From Podarcis bocagei (lineage: Eukaryota), in NCBI GenBank assembly GCA_964188305.1, contig OZ076889.1: DNA of 64,000 bases; one strand, written 5' to 3'. This document shows, piece by piece, positions 1-12,149 of this stretch. Position 1 is the stretch's first letter; every line of letters starts with the position of its first letter. Both the position numbers and the translations under genes were made by a program. A model generated the notes under the pieces. The model saw nothing but the letters and a program-made list of their open reading frames with translations, was not told the origin of the DNA and did not search any database.

Positions 1-1149
1 AAGGAGCAAATTGCCTGCGAAAGATTTTCTTCCCCTTCCCCACAGCATTACATATGTACAAGTGGTGACACCACTAGACAGAAACTGCTCCCACTCTCCT
101 GAAAAAGTGATTAGCTGTTCGTAACCTAAAATTGCACATTCCATTTCCCTAGCAGATAGTCTCTGTACTCATAATACTGAACTATATTCTAGTAAATTAT
201 TGTGTTTAATTTGTGCATTATTTTTTTACAAGCCACCTTGGAGGTTTCTTTGGAACTGAAAGATGGGATTAAAATGGTCACATAAATAAACCCCAGACTG
301 GAACCATCTAGAGTCTTGGCAGCTAGTCTGTTGCACGCACTTGCAATAAATAACTTTTCTTTTGTTGCAAAATGGCACCTCCTAGCTTGGCCCCTTGAAT
401 CTTCCTTCAGCCGTTATGCTGCATCTGAAGAGTCAAATATGCCTATCATTGCCAAGAATGAAAGTACTGCCCTATATCAAAGCTTCTCTGTGAACATCTT
501 GCTCTCAGCCAGGAGCCAATAACGTTTGGATTTCAAATAAAGGCCACAACGTCTTACGTTATGCAGCTTTTAAAAGAAGCTGTGGATTGGTAAGGCAGGT
601 CAGTATGATAGTGACCTGTTCTTTTGATTCAGCACTAAAGTGCACACCAAGAAGTAAAGAGAAAGTGTCCTGGGGGAAAACTGGTATCTTTCCCCACCCT
701 GTGGGATGTCCACAAATCTCAAGAGCAAAGCTAGATGTGTAGGGCTGCACACTTCATGCACATCCCCCAGCCATTTAATTCAGGCATGTAGAGGAGCATG
801 GCTGAAAGCCCACCATGACTGTAGACAGTGCTGTGAGTGCATATGCAAAGGATTAATGTTATGTTCTAGCAATGCCTTTACAGAGCTGTTGCCATAAAGC
901 TGTACTTCCCAGTGTTCAGGGAGCTGTGATAGTTAATCCAAATTAAAACTGCTTTTAAGCATACACTATAGATGTACATCTCCTTTCTCTGTTCTTCCTC
1001 TGCTGGAGGAAAATGACATATTCCACTGCAGGGCCACTGTGCAAATAGTAACAGATAGGTAGTTTCAATGGTAGGTTGACCATATGTTTTCTTTAAAAAG
1101 GATGCAGCCAATACATGCCAGACTTGGCATCTTGACCAATCCTCAGATC

Positions 1150-1150
<1 letters not shown>

Positions 1151-1205
<55 letters not shown>
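1151..1205. repeat. (ATT)n microsatellite
   Basis: Perfect ATT run. Confidence 0.97.
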
Positions 1206-2096
1206 GTGGGCCTAATAGGTGAAGCAGTAGCGGAGCCCAAAATGGTCCAGCAAGTTCAGAACCAGCACCAGGCTTTGGAGTGCCAATGGGAGGATGCCCC
1301 TCCTCCTGGTCACTGCCAGTCCTGCCCATTTGCTTAGCCTCTCCCTTTGGACCCAATTTGCACAACCACCCCAAGGGAGGATGCATAGTAAGAGAAGGAT
1401 GTTGCTGGTAGGTGAACCAGCAGGGACAGCAAGGAGGAGGAGAACCACCTGGGCCAGGAAACTTCAGGGTCAGCAGCATTCCTCTGCACAAGGATGTCAG
1501 CAGATGCGCAGTGGTGCTAACTCCCAATGCCAACCCTGTGCAACTCTTCTTGGTACGTTATAAGCCACCCTAGATAACACCAACTCATGAGACCTGTTTA
1601 TGTACTTGGCAGAAGAGCTCCCCCTGCCACACCAGACCGTGTCAATTCAGGTTGCAAATGAGAAGTGTGTTCTGAATGCTCTTGAAAAATGAACAACCCT
1701 CCCCATCACCAACACCCATACCTGGATATAGGGAAAACAACATGCAGGGGAGAAGGCTGGGCTGAATACTTTCCCCTGAACAGCTAGTCATAAGTGTACA
1801 GGGAGTTTACTAGCTATTGGAGCATTGCAAGCATGCATTATTCGACACTTGGCTGCCCTGAGTGGTGAATGAATGAAAGGTGTAGGTTATAGCTCCACTT
1901 TTAACTTAAAAACCATCCAGTCTGCAGTCTGAAGTGGTGCCAGTTAGGAAGAGGCTTACTGTCTGCTATGACTACGTACATAACTGGTTCCAAAGCTTTG
2001 GCTGTGCTTCTGGTGCTTGTTGTTTTGAAGATTATTTGATAGGGAAGGTGACTCGGGCTCCACTGCTAGGTTGCTAATGGGTTTTTGTATTCCCAG

Positions 2097-2594
2097 TTCT
2101 GCCTGTGCCTGACGGAAGCCATCCTGATCTTCTCGCCAGAGGGCCTCCTCTTCTGCTCCTGCTCCCACAAAATGAAAGTGCAGCTGCACTGGACTGCCCA
2201 GACGCTGGCCCTTGTGGCTGCCACACTGGGCTTGGCCTTCATCGTCTCCAGCAAGAACCGGAGTGAGCTTCCACACCTGGTCTCCTGGCACAGTCTTCTG
2301 GGCCTCCTGACTCTCCTGGCAGCTTGTGGGCAGGTCTTGTGTGGATTCTGCCTTCGCTTTCCTCGGCTGCTGAGGACCTCGTCCGTGGGTCGCCTCCGGC
2401 TCGTCCACATGACGTACGGACTGATCGTTTATCTGCTAGCCACCTTCACTGTGGCCCTGGGCATTTATTCTGACTGGTTTCAGGCCCAGATTAAAGGGGT
2501 GGCTTGGTACTTCTGCCTGGGGTTACCTTTCTGTCCTGCTTTGGTTATTGTGAAACAGATTACTAGAACTCGTAAGAAGAGACAGTACATTTGA
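2097..2594 (+). CDS. CYB561D1: Final coding exon of cytochrome b561 family member D1 (upstream exons lie outside the window)
   Basis: Translation FCLCLTEAILIFSPEG...LHWTAQ...SELPHLVSWHS...LVHMTYG...WFQAQIKGVAWY matches the C-terminal exon of CYB561D1 and keeps the heme-ligand histidines. It is preceded by branch point CTAAT (~2074) and acceptor ttttgtattcccAG (2095-2096), and ends at TGA 2592-2594. Convergent with AMIGO1, as in other amniotes. Confidence 0.93.
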   Translation, partial: FCLCLTEAILIFSPEGLLFCSCSHKMKVQLHWTAQTLALVAATLGLAFIVSSKNRSELPHLVSWHSLLGLLTLLAACGQVLCGFCLRFPRLLRTSSVGRLRLVHMTYGLIVYLLATFTVALGIYSDWFQAQIKGVAWYFCLGLPFCPALVIVKQITRTRKKRQYI

Positions 2595-3185
2595 GTCTTG
2601 GATCCCATCAGAACCCACTGGAATCAATATCTCATCCCCATTGTTTTCTCCTATCCTTAGTATTTATAACAGCTGAATTTAGCCTTCTGTTGACACCTGA
2701 TTCTGTGTTTTGTGTGCTGCGCCGTGTTTTGTCAAAGTGACGTTTTGTTTTGTTTTAGGTCAAGTACATGCTAATACTAGTACTCCTGCATTCTGGAAAT
2801 ATGCTGATTCAATTTTCCAGCTCATTGATCAGGTAGACTCAAGTGCTTGGCTGAGCCTCATGCTTGAATCTAGGGTGCTTTTCCAGAAAACAGGATCAAC
2901 AACTTGCTGTCTGCATGTTTCCAGTAGGACTTCATGACTATTGTGTCTTCGAAAATAGATGCAGAGAAGCAATGGGGTTGGTTTTGAGCAATATTTCATA
3001 GTTTCTTGTGTTTCTTAGATTCTGAAATGCTTCAGTAACTAGATGTGTAGCCACCCACAAGCTAGGAACTTCATGGGTTATACTCACCTGGTTTCAGTGC
3101 TTCTAGAATTGTTCTTCCCTCACCTGTCCAATGCCTGTGCTCTCCTCATGGTGATTCACTCCCTCACCAGTTCCTTCTTTCTTTT

Positions 3186-3260
3186 TAGAATCATAGAATT
3201 GTAGAGTTGGAAGGGACACCACGGGTCACCTAGTCCATCATCATCATCATCATCATCATT
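3186..3260 (-). mobile_element. CR1-type 3' tail fragment abutting a (CAT)n repeat
   Basis: agaatcatagaattgtagagttggaagggac is the reverse complement of the CR1 3' end with its ATTCTRTG tail. Confidence 0.7.
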
Positions 3261-4023
3261 ATACTATGCACCACCTTTTCTTGTGGGGAGTTTCAAGGTC
3301 TGGGAGCAGCCACTGGGAAGACCCTCTTCTGTGTCCCTACGAAGTTTGTCCTGGAGGGTGATGGGACCAAGAGAAGGGCCTGCCCCGAAGATATCAAAGC
3401 CCAGCCAGGCTCCCAGAGTGGCTTATATATTATCCATTAAAACAAGACAGCCCCTGCCTCAACGCTGCCTTGCAGGCTTACAATCTTAAAAAGAATATGC
3501 TATGCCACACAAGGCAAAAAGGATGTGGAAGGAAGGGGGCAGGGAATCAAACTCAGGCACCAGTTCTTAAAATGACTAGCTGGCGTCATTCAAGACTAGG
3601 AGGTGCCTGGGGGAGCTTGTCTTTCAGCAGAGCTGATGGAACGAGCTTTCCCTCCCATCACTCCCACTGATGACTCAACATGAGAGCGCTCTTAGACCTT
3701 GTTGCTTAAGCAGCTGAAGCAGCAGATAGCTTGGACCTCAGCTGGGTAGGGCTTTATAGGTCATATCCCACACATTGAACTGTCCCTGGAAGCAGACCCA
3801 CCTTATTTCTGTGATTGTAAGTTGTTTCAAATTGTTTTTAAGTTTTAATTGTAACCTGCCCTGGAACCTAAGGGTGAAGGCTGGGTTGTTGTTATTCTTA
3901 AGGAATGATGTGTGTGCGTGTGTTATAGACGTTAGAGGTCACTGTTTCACTGGAACATGAAAGAGCAGGGTTAAGTGGTTAGCCCCAAATCAGTCAGTGA
4001 ATCAATAGAGAAAGTGGAAATAT

Positions 4024-4285
4024 AATCCCCGCAATGGGGTGAGCTCCCGTTGCTCGGTCACTGCTCCTGCCAACCTAGCAGTTCGAAAGCACCTCAAAGT
4101 GCAAGTAGATAAATAGGTACCACTCTGGCAGGAAGGTAAACAGCATTTCCATGCACTGCTCTGGTTCGCCAGCAGCAGCTTAGTCATGCTGGCCACATGA
4201 CCTGGAAGCTGTACGCCAGCTCCCTCGGCCAATAAAGTGAGATGAGAGCCGCTGGACCTAATGGTCAGGGGTCCCTTTACCTTTT
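4024..4285 (+). mobile_element. Sauria SINE, 5'-truncated
   Basis: Diagnostic core gcagttcgaaagcac...agataaataggtacc...gctggccacatgacc and an (ACCTTT) tail. Confidence 0.9.
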
Positions 4286-4344
4286 TAAGCATGTGCAAGG
4301 CAGCCTCCCCCTGCTGGGAATTGAGAAGCGGCACAGATTGGCTG

Positions 4345-4610
4345 CATGGATTAGTGGCAGAACACATTATGAGTGTGCAGAAGGCCCAGGTTTGATCCCT
4401 GGCATCTACACATAAAGGGATCAGGCAACAAATCACAGAATCATAGAGTTGGAAGGGACCACGAGGGTCATCTAGCCAACCCCCCTTGCAAATGCAGGCA
4501 TCTTTTTCCCAATGTGGGGCTTGAACTCACAACCCTGAGATGAAGAGTCTCATGCTCTACTGACTGAGCTTCTGCCTAAGACCCTGGAAAGCTGATGTCA
4601 GAATAGATAA
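4345..4610. mobile_element. Old tRNA-derived SINE (+) interrupted by a tRNA-Lys-like SINE with a CR1 tail (-, ~4434-4570)
   Basis: The host has a box-B-like gaaggcccaggtttgatccctggcatct and resumes at ~4571. The insert matches 36622-36767 in reverse orientation. Confidence 0.65.
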
Positions 4611-4688
4611 ACAACAACAACAAACCTATGGCTATGTGAAAAATACTCAATAAACAAGACTTAACCGGCTGTACTTTTGAATAAATAA

Positions 4689-4910
4689 GGTACCTCTGGT
4701 TATGTACTTAATTCGTTCCGGAGGTCCATTCTTAACCTGAAACTGTTTTTAACCTGAAGCACCACTTTAGCTAATGGGGCCTCCCACTGCTGTCGCTCCG
4801 CCGCAGCACGATTTCTGTTCTCATCCTGAAGCAAAGTTCTTAACCCAAGATACTATTTCTAGGTTAGTGGAGTCTGTAACCTGAAGTGTATGTAACCCGA
4901 GATACCACTG
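4689..4910. mobile_element. Tc1/mariner-type (pogo/Tigger-like) MITE, family A, left terminus eroded
   Basis: Near-identical to the copies at 6659, 37972 and elsewhere. Right end ...taccactg|TA. Confidence 0.85.
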
Positions 4911-6359
4911 TATACCATTCATTGTATCAAATTGTAGATTTCAACGGAAGTCTCATAAAGTTCAACGCAAAAAGCAGAAGACCCAGTGGATCAGTTCATT
5001 CTCTAGTCAGTTCATGCATAAGGTCCACACATGTACAAGTATCAAGTCCACCTGTCTGTTATAATCCACATGAAGGGTTGTTACAGTTCCACAGAATCCT
5101 TTCACAGAGTCTAAGACAAGGATTTCCGGAATAAGCTAGTCTGACCTGGAGCTAGCTGGACAAATAACCTGACTTGGTATAAGGCAACTTCCTTTATTCC
5201 TATACTTACAGCAGTGGCATATCTCACACTCGGCTTAACGTACCACCTCTGTTGATAGTGAGCTATATAGGGAGAAAACATGCATTCTCTTCTCTGGTGC
5301 ACAACAACCCACTCTTCACCTCCCTCCCCACCCCATTTGCTTCCATCACAAAATTTCCACAATTTCCCATTTCTTGTAATAACTAAGCTCTCCCTCAAAA
5401 GTAGCACCAAGCCTGTACTGAATACCCATTGCTCAACACTGAACATCAATTTCCTGCTCTCCAAATATTCATGTTGATTATAAACTAGATTTCTCACCTG
5501 CCCTTCAGGTGCTTTTGCCTGGGTAGAATGTGCCTTTGAATAGTGGCAGTGCCTCTTGCTTTCCTGAATGCAGAGATGGGAGGGTGTTAGTGCAGAAACC
5601 CTGTTCTTCGCATAGCTGGAATGTAGTCTATTGTACAAAGTTGCATTGGTCGGTTGACCAACTTTTGGACCAATCAAATCTGTTGGACCCGCCCACCATT
5701 AGCATGTGGCCACCAGAAAGTGGTCCATGAGGCAATGCAGTCCTTTGGGTGAATAGGCTTCCTCATCCCAAGTGTACAGTTTAGCTAACGGAATCTATGA
5801 TAGCCTCTGCTTCTGTCTTGGGGTCGGTTAAGAAAATTCCCCAGGGGTCGGTTAGACAAATTCTGGAGCTGCATAGTTTTCCTCCACGGCTCAGAAGTGT
5901 TGTTGAGATTTCCCCTCTGACCACTAGTGCCTTTCAAAGGCCTTGGAGTTTTTGCTACGCTCTTCGTAAGCAGCTATTGCTACCCAGGCTACAGCTTGTG
6001 CCGTCACATGTGGCACAATATCTTTTTCCATTTAAAGGAACTATTAGTAGGGTGCTACTTTCTTAGGTTTCTTGACCTGACTCACAGGTAAGCAGCTGGA
6101 ACTAGGCTTTTATGAAAGACAATTTTACTTGGCTACGAGTGATCGCCAAAGAAGAAGAAGAATTAGAATTCATGGCTGAGGCTTGGGAATACGCATTTGC
6201 GGCCAGGATTTGCAGTTTGGGGAATTATTTGTGGTAGAATTGGACTGAGTAAGTAAAATTTTGTAGCCAGGAAGAAACCTTTACTAGGGTGGTCTTCATC
6301 ATGCAGCAGGTTTCCAGATGAGAAACTGGTGGTTTGAATAAGAAGCTGTGTGGAAACAG

Positions 6360-6472
6360 CGACAAGCACACAGAGTGCAATGAGACTGAGTGTTTGGGTG
6401 GGGGGAGGGAGGCTCGGTTAATTTCATTGTACACAGGTTGTACATTGACAATAAAGGTATTATTATTATTAT
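6360..6472 (+). mobile_element. Extreme 3' tip of a LINE (Rex1-like), flanked by 9-bp TSD TGGAAACAG
   Basis: TGGAAACAG at 6351-6359 and 6473-6481. Ends with aatttcattgtac...tgtacattgacAATAAAggt(att)n. Confidence 0.6.
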
Positions 6473-6658
6473 TGGAAACAGGGGGAAAAAGTAAAATCCA
6501 AATCTAGCTTTAAGGTACAGGTTATAGGTTTTCTATGCACATTCACAAGACAAATAAAACACATATAATCATTTTCTAAGGGTACCATGTTATTTGGTCA
6601 ATATTTTGCACAATAAATTTGTTTCTACCTTGTTTAATAGGTTCTTTCCTTAAGGGTA

Positions 6659-6884
6659 CAGTGGTACCTCGGGTTAAGTACTTAATTCGCTCCGGAGGTT
6701 CATTCTTAACCTGAAACTGTTCTTAACCTGAAGCACCACTTTAGCTAATGGGGCCTCCTGCTGCTGCCGCGCCGCCGGAGCACAATTTCTGTTCTCATCC
6801 TGAAGCAAAGTTCTTAACCTGAGGTACTATTTCTGGGTTAGCAGAGTCTGTAACCTGAAGCGTATGTAACCTGAGGTACCACTG
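6659..6884. mobile_element. Tc1/mariner-type MITE, family A
   Basis: TA|CAGTGGTACCTCGGGTTA ... TAACCTGAGGTACCACTG|TA: terminal inverted repeats and a TA TSD. Confidence 0.92.
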
Positions 6885-8619
6885 TATATCTTGCAGGAAT
6901 TTCATATTTTCTCGGCACTAAACAACGTTTTGCAACTTGTTTCATCAGCTAATCAGCATGTAATAGTGGCAGGGAGCACAGCTCTGGGATTTTTTTCAGG
7001 GCAGGAGTGATGATGTCATCTGCCCGAGTGCCAGGGTAATTGACAGACCCTCCTTGCTCTGATCAGTGAATGAGCTCGGGCTTCTCCACACTTACTTTTC
7101 CTCCGTACTTTCCAGGCATGGTCCACGCTTTAAACCTCCATGTCAGAACACTTCTTTTTTTCTTTTTGGAGCTTTCTGCACAAAATCCCACTCTTTACTG
7201 CTGAATTGGAGCAAACAGCAATCTGTGGAAAATCTGAATTGTCATTTGTTGTGTTTCAGCTTTAATGAGAAGGTTTCCAGGGTGAAAAAAGAGCACTAGG
7301 GGAGAGCTTTAAAGTGGAGACCTGTGTCTGGAAAGCATGGGCAAAGGCCAAGTGTGGATAAGCCCATAGTCTTAAAGTGGTCTTTAGCTGGTGGTGTGTA
7401 TTACTCACTTCCAGATGTGGTAAGCCAGCCCTGCTGCATTTCAGGGCCATTCTGATTCAATCTGCTGAGTGGGTCTCTGAACCTCTGCCCCAAAGTCCTT
7501 CCCTGATGACACTGTGCTTTCTCTCTCTCCTGCGTTTAAGACACTCCTTGGGTCTGTTGTTATGAGCCTATTATGTTGATCTTCTGCTCTTCAGACGTCA
7601 CCACCACATCACTGTAGGCAGTGCTTCCTTTGCTATGTAGAAGGTGATTACCCGAGTGATCTGAGTCGCTGCTGGACAATGTCTATAACTTTGCTAGTGA
7701 TGGATAGTCCTAGATCTTGCTGAACCAGCCACAAATTTCGGCCACCGCTGGCATTAGGTTGGTAGGACTCTGGAAATGGAAAAAGGAGTATCTCCTCTGA
7801 TTATAGATGTTTGAGCTGAAAACCTAATTCACTCTCCTTTAGCAGCACAGTAACTAAAATGGGTAAGGATTACAGGTGAAGTAGAGCAGAAAGAAAACAC
7901 TTTCCACGTCTTCATTCCCCAGCAAGCTTCTGCTCGCTCTGCATAGTAATGTTGACACCAGGGTGTCTTATTTCTCACACCAGGGGCTCTTTCCTATCCA
8001 TCTCTGATTTGCTTCTGATATTTATCTTTTGCAGCTCCCTGCTTCACACTTTCGTTTAGCTGCCATACCTGTTCTTTGGGAAAGAGTGCTCTTATCGTTT
8101 TATCCCATCTGCATTTTTAGCCTGTAACGGTGATGGTTTTTGTATTGAATTTCGAGAGAGTGCTCTGAAACAACTAAGTTGACAAGTCCTACTGAGGACC
8201 AAGTCAGTCACATGTGTACCCTTCTTGGCACACATTTCAGGTGTGCAGGTGTGTATGAAATATGTATAAGTGCATGCATTCAGGTTTGCAGAAAGGAGTA
8301 TGTGTGAGTACAGTTATCTTTTTATAAATGAGCCCCTGGAGCTGTGACTGAAATCCTAAACGAACTTAACCTTAGAGAAACAAGTTTGTGTTCTTCATAG
8401 ACATGTATAGGATTGCATTGTGAACTTGACCAATCTAGATGGGACCATCCAAGAAGGAATGGATTTCATATGAGGATGCAAGGAATGCCACGTGGATTGG
8501 GGCGGGGGGAAGGAATGCTGCCTTTTGCAATCTAGTGCCATCCAGATTGAGCTACAACTCCCCGTTGGCATAACCAATGGGTGGGAGTGATGAGAGTTGT
8601 AGTCCAAAACCATCTAGAG

Positions 8620-8757
8620 CAGTGGTTCTCAACCTGTGGGTCCCCAGATGTTGTTAGACTACAACTCCCATCATCCCTGAGCTCTGGCCTTGCTAGCTAG
8701 GGGTGATGGGAGTTGTAGTCCAACAACATTTGGGGACCCACAGGTTGAGAACCGCTG
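8620..8757. mobile_element. Palindromic hAT MITE (Charlie/MER5-like termini)
   Basis: CAGTGGTTCTCAACCTGTGGGTCCCC...GGGGACCCACAGGTTGAGAACCGCTG, with 8-bp TSD ATCTAGAG on both sides. Confidence 0.9.
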
Positions 8758-8765
8758 ATCTAGAG

Positions 8766-9230
8766 CATGGGTAGGCAAACTAAGGCCCGTGGGCCAGATC
8801 AGGCCCAATTGCCTTCTGGATTTGGCCCACAGACGGTCCGGGAATCGCTGCATGGATTGCCAGCACGTGTGTTCTTTCCCTCTCCCTCCCTCTCCCTCAC
8901 ACAGCAGTGCAGCCTCCTCCCTCCCTCCTCCTGGCTTCTCCCTGCCCTGCCTAGAGGAGGAAGGGGGCTGGGCTTTGTTGGTGCCAGCAGCAGCAGTGGT
9001 TGCGTGGCTGCCGTTTTAAGCAGCCCCTCTCCAGAGCCCTTTCGTGCACCACTCATCATCCCTCCGCTGCTGCCACCAGCCCCTGCCGCTCGCAAGACAC
9101 AGGTAAGCAGCCACCGATGCAAGCAGCTCTTGCATCATTATTTTTTTCCCCTTCAAAATATAGTCTGCCCCCCCACAAGGTCTGAGGGACAGGGGACTGG
9201 CCCCCTGCTGAAAAAGTTTGCTGACCCCTG
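8766..9230. mobile_element. hAT non-autonomous element, family B (termini CATGGGTAGGCAAACT / AGTTTGCTGACCCCTG)
   Basis: Imperfect TIRs with TSD ATCTAGAG (8758-8765, 9231-9238). Same termini as 33332-33580 and 62698-63847. Confidence 0.88.
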
Positions 9231-9567
9231 ATCTAGAGGGCACCAAGTTGGGGATGGCTGCTAGATGGAAAAGAGCCACTTTCCAGGTTAAAGTAGTCTT
9301 CATAGCTGAGAGAGGAACCAGCAGGTGCTTGAAAGCAGCCAAGAGTCCGGGTTGGGTGCAAGAGAAGGAAGCTCCCTCACAAATTATTAGAAGAGAGAAA
9401 GCAGATAGATGAAAGCCCCTGGATGCGAGTTGCTAGGCATCTGAGAAAAGAAACTCATTAATGAGGGAAAATAATATATAGAGATGTTGGGGGATAACCC
9501 TAAGTAGAACAGAATATAAATAAAATCTGAGCAAAGATGGCACATTGGGAGATGCTTTGTTCTAGAT

Positions 9568-9704
9568 CAGGCATAGGCAAACTCGGCCCTCCAGATGTTT
9601 TGAGACCACAACTCCCATCATCCCCTAGTTAACAGGACCAGTGGTCAGGGATGATGGGAACTGTAGTCCCAAAACACCTGGAGGGCCGAGTTTGCCTATG
9701 CCTG
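9568..9704. mobile_element. Palindromic hAT MITE
   Basis: CAGGCATAGGCAAACTCGGCCCTCCAG...CTGGAGGGCCGAGTTTGCCTATGCCTG, with TSD TTCTAGAT. Confidence 0.9.
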
Positions 9705-11111
9705 TTCTAGATGCTAGAATAGCAAAGTCTACCAAAATGTAGGGAACAAATTTGGGGTGGTGGTGGTTTATGTTTGAAGGTAAAGATTTTTTGTGCTTTT
9801 TTGTTTTGTTTAAGGTGAGGTGGAGTGGTTAAAACTTTAGCAATCTGAAATGCCAGGGTACCCCACCTCTAGAAATGGGGTTGCTGTTAACGCTACTTTC
9901 CCTGAGATGCTTGATAAGCAAATCTGATAAGTGGTTTACCTCAGTGTGAAGAGCTGCCACTTCAATAAATGAAGGAATGTTGGAAGACCCCACACTCCTG
10001 GCTACTTCACAGGTTGGTAGAAATACAATCCACGCAATGCAGCACTGGGCAACTGTCAGCTTGGGTACCAATTTGTTTGCAAGTGACTCTCCAGCAGGGA
10101 TGGATGGGAGCTAAGCTGTGCTTTCGATTTTGTAGAATACCAGAGCTCACAATGAGAGGCTCTGCATTTGAAAACTGATCACGCGTGAAACATGATTGAC
10201 AGTCACATGGAAACAACTTTAGGAAAAACAGCACCTGCCCCTCACAAGCCTTTGGGGGCATTCTGTGTCAAATGGATCTTCTTGGAGCCAACACATGGCA
10301 GATTGTGTTATTGCCACCTCATTAGTGTTGTTATCCTATAATGCATGCCTGCCTCTGCAGTATTATGTATATGTTGTGCTCCTCAACTGCCACAAGGGTT
10401 GGCAGCATTGCCTGAATCCAGAGTGCTGGTGCCCCTGACTGTATTAACCATATTAACCCCTGAATCCCCAAGAGTAGAAGAACCACCCAGTGCATGATTC
10501 TAATTTAGAAATCCACAAGGGGGAGCCATTTGCAAAGGCTTCTCATAGGCAGCATTTAAAAAAAAAAAATCCCAGTAGAAATAATTCACAGTGGAAATTG
10601 GATTCTCTGTCTCTGCTATATCCTCCTGCAGTTGTTTTGAGAGACACTCCATATAAATTGTGTTAATTGGTACAGGCTTCTCCAAACCTGAATGCTCATG
10701 CAAGTCAGATGTGTCGGAAGCAGTTGCAGTAGCAGGTACTACAGAGAACTTAGTTGTCCAATTTACGGTTTACAGCATGAGCAGCAAAGTAACTCTGACA
10801 TCTTGTTGCCACCAGGGCAAAATAACCTTTGTGTCCTCTTGCTTGTATTGCAAGCAAATATTACATTTTCTGTTGGCTGGATCAAGGAGCTTGTCCCGGC
10901 AGTAATCATGAAAACACGTCTCGTTACATTGGGGAGGAAGAAACAAAACATTTTAATATGGGGTAACCATTATAATACATTTTCTGCAAACACAGTTGCA
11001 GAGTAAATAAATGTGTTAACAGCAGTCTTGAACTGCTAATAGCCTTTGGGTAAAGTAAAGGCTTTCCTCAATGGAAACATGTGGGAGATTCCACTAAACA
11101 GTACAGTGGTA

Positions 11112-11470
11112 AAAGGTAAAGGTAAAGGTACCCCTGCCCGTACGGGCCAGTCTTGCCAGACTCTAGGGTTGTGCGCTCATCTCACTCTATAGGCTGAGAG
11201 CTAGCGCTGTCCACAGACACTTCCGGGTCACGTGGCCAGCGTGACGAAGCTGCTCTGGCGAGCCAGCGCAGCACACGGAACGCCGTTTACCTTCCCGCTG
11301 GTAAGCGGTCCCTATTTATCTACTTGCACCCGGGCGTGCTTTTGAACTGCTAGGTTGGCAGGCGCTGGGACTGAGCAACGGGAGCGCACCCCGCCGCGGT
11401 TCGAACCACCGACCATGCGATCAGCAAGTCCTAGGCACTGAGGTTTTACCCACAGCGCCACCCGCGTCCC
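11112..11470 (-). mobile_element. Full-length, CpG-rich (young) Sauria SINE
   Basis: tRNA-like head GGGACGCGGGTGGCGCTGTGGG on the minus strand, an (ACCTTT)n tail, and TSD AGTACAGTGGTA at 11100-11111 and 11474-11485. Confidence 0.92.
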
Positions 11471-11477
11471 ACTAGTA

Positions 11478-11718
11478 CAGTGGTACCTCAGGTTAAAGAC
11501 ACTTCAGGTTACAGACGCTTCAGGTTACAGACTCCGCTAACCCAGAAATAGTACCTCGGGTTAAGAACTTTGCTTCAGGATGAGAACAGAAATCGCGCAG
11601 CAGCGGCGCAGCGGCAGTGGGAGGCCCCATTAGCTAAAGTGGTCTTCAGGTTAAGAACAGTTTCAGGTTAAGAACGGACCTCCAGAACAAATTAAGTTCT
11701 TAACCCAAAGTACCACCG
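11478..11718. mobile_element. Tc1/mariner-type MITE, family A
   Basis: TA-flanked, with TIR CAGTGGTACCT. Confidence 0.9.
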
Positions 11719-11720
11719 TA

Positions 11721-11930
11721 CAGGCAACTCCCAATATATGCAGGGGTTACATTCCAAGGCACTGTGCATTTGAGTGAAATCGTGTATATTTGAAACACAA
11801 TTAAAAAGCCTGCAAACACCTCATTCTACCCTCGCCCCACCCATTTTGTGATGTTTTTGGATCACTTTCAGGTGTGGACGATGCATGTGTGTGCAGTTGC
11901 GCACATATAAAATGCAACAGTCGCTGCCTG
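11721..11930. mobile_element. Older TA-flanked MITE (Tigger-like)
   Basis: TA|CAGGCAAC ... GCTGCCTG|TA. It shares its left TA with the adjacent family A MITE. Confidence 0.5.
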
Positions 11931-12149
11931 TATTCAAACGCCATGACTACTCTTTATCATGGGATATAATGGAGCCATCTTGGAGATACAAGTCCTGTTG
12001 GATAAAGTTTGTCATGGACACTTTTTATTTTGGGAATATCATGCTTAATTTCACTGAAACAATTCATATGAATAATGGATTTTTCTAGGAAAAGAGATTC
12101 AGTAACTCATCATGAATACCTCCCTCATTCTCTTAGAATGGCAATGGAG

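Noticed and set aside
878-1533. ORFs with poly-Asn or poly-Ile tracts
   Set aside because: Translations of the (ATT)n microsatellite.
1-2096. Short upstream CYB561D1 exon (FSWHP motif)
   Set aside because: Not found by eye in this interval; it presumably lies upstream of the window.
5111-5677. 188-aa minus-strand ORF
   Set aside because: No recognisable motif and no supporting splice structure.
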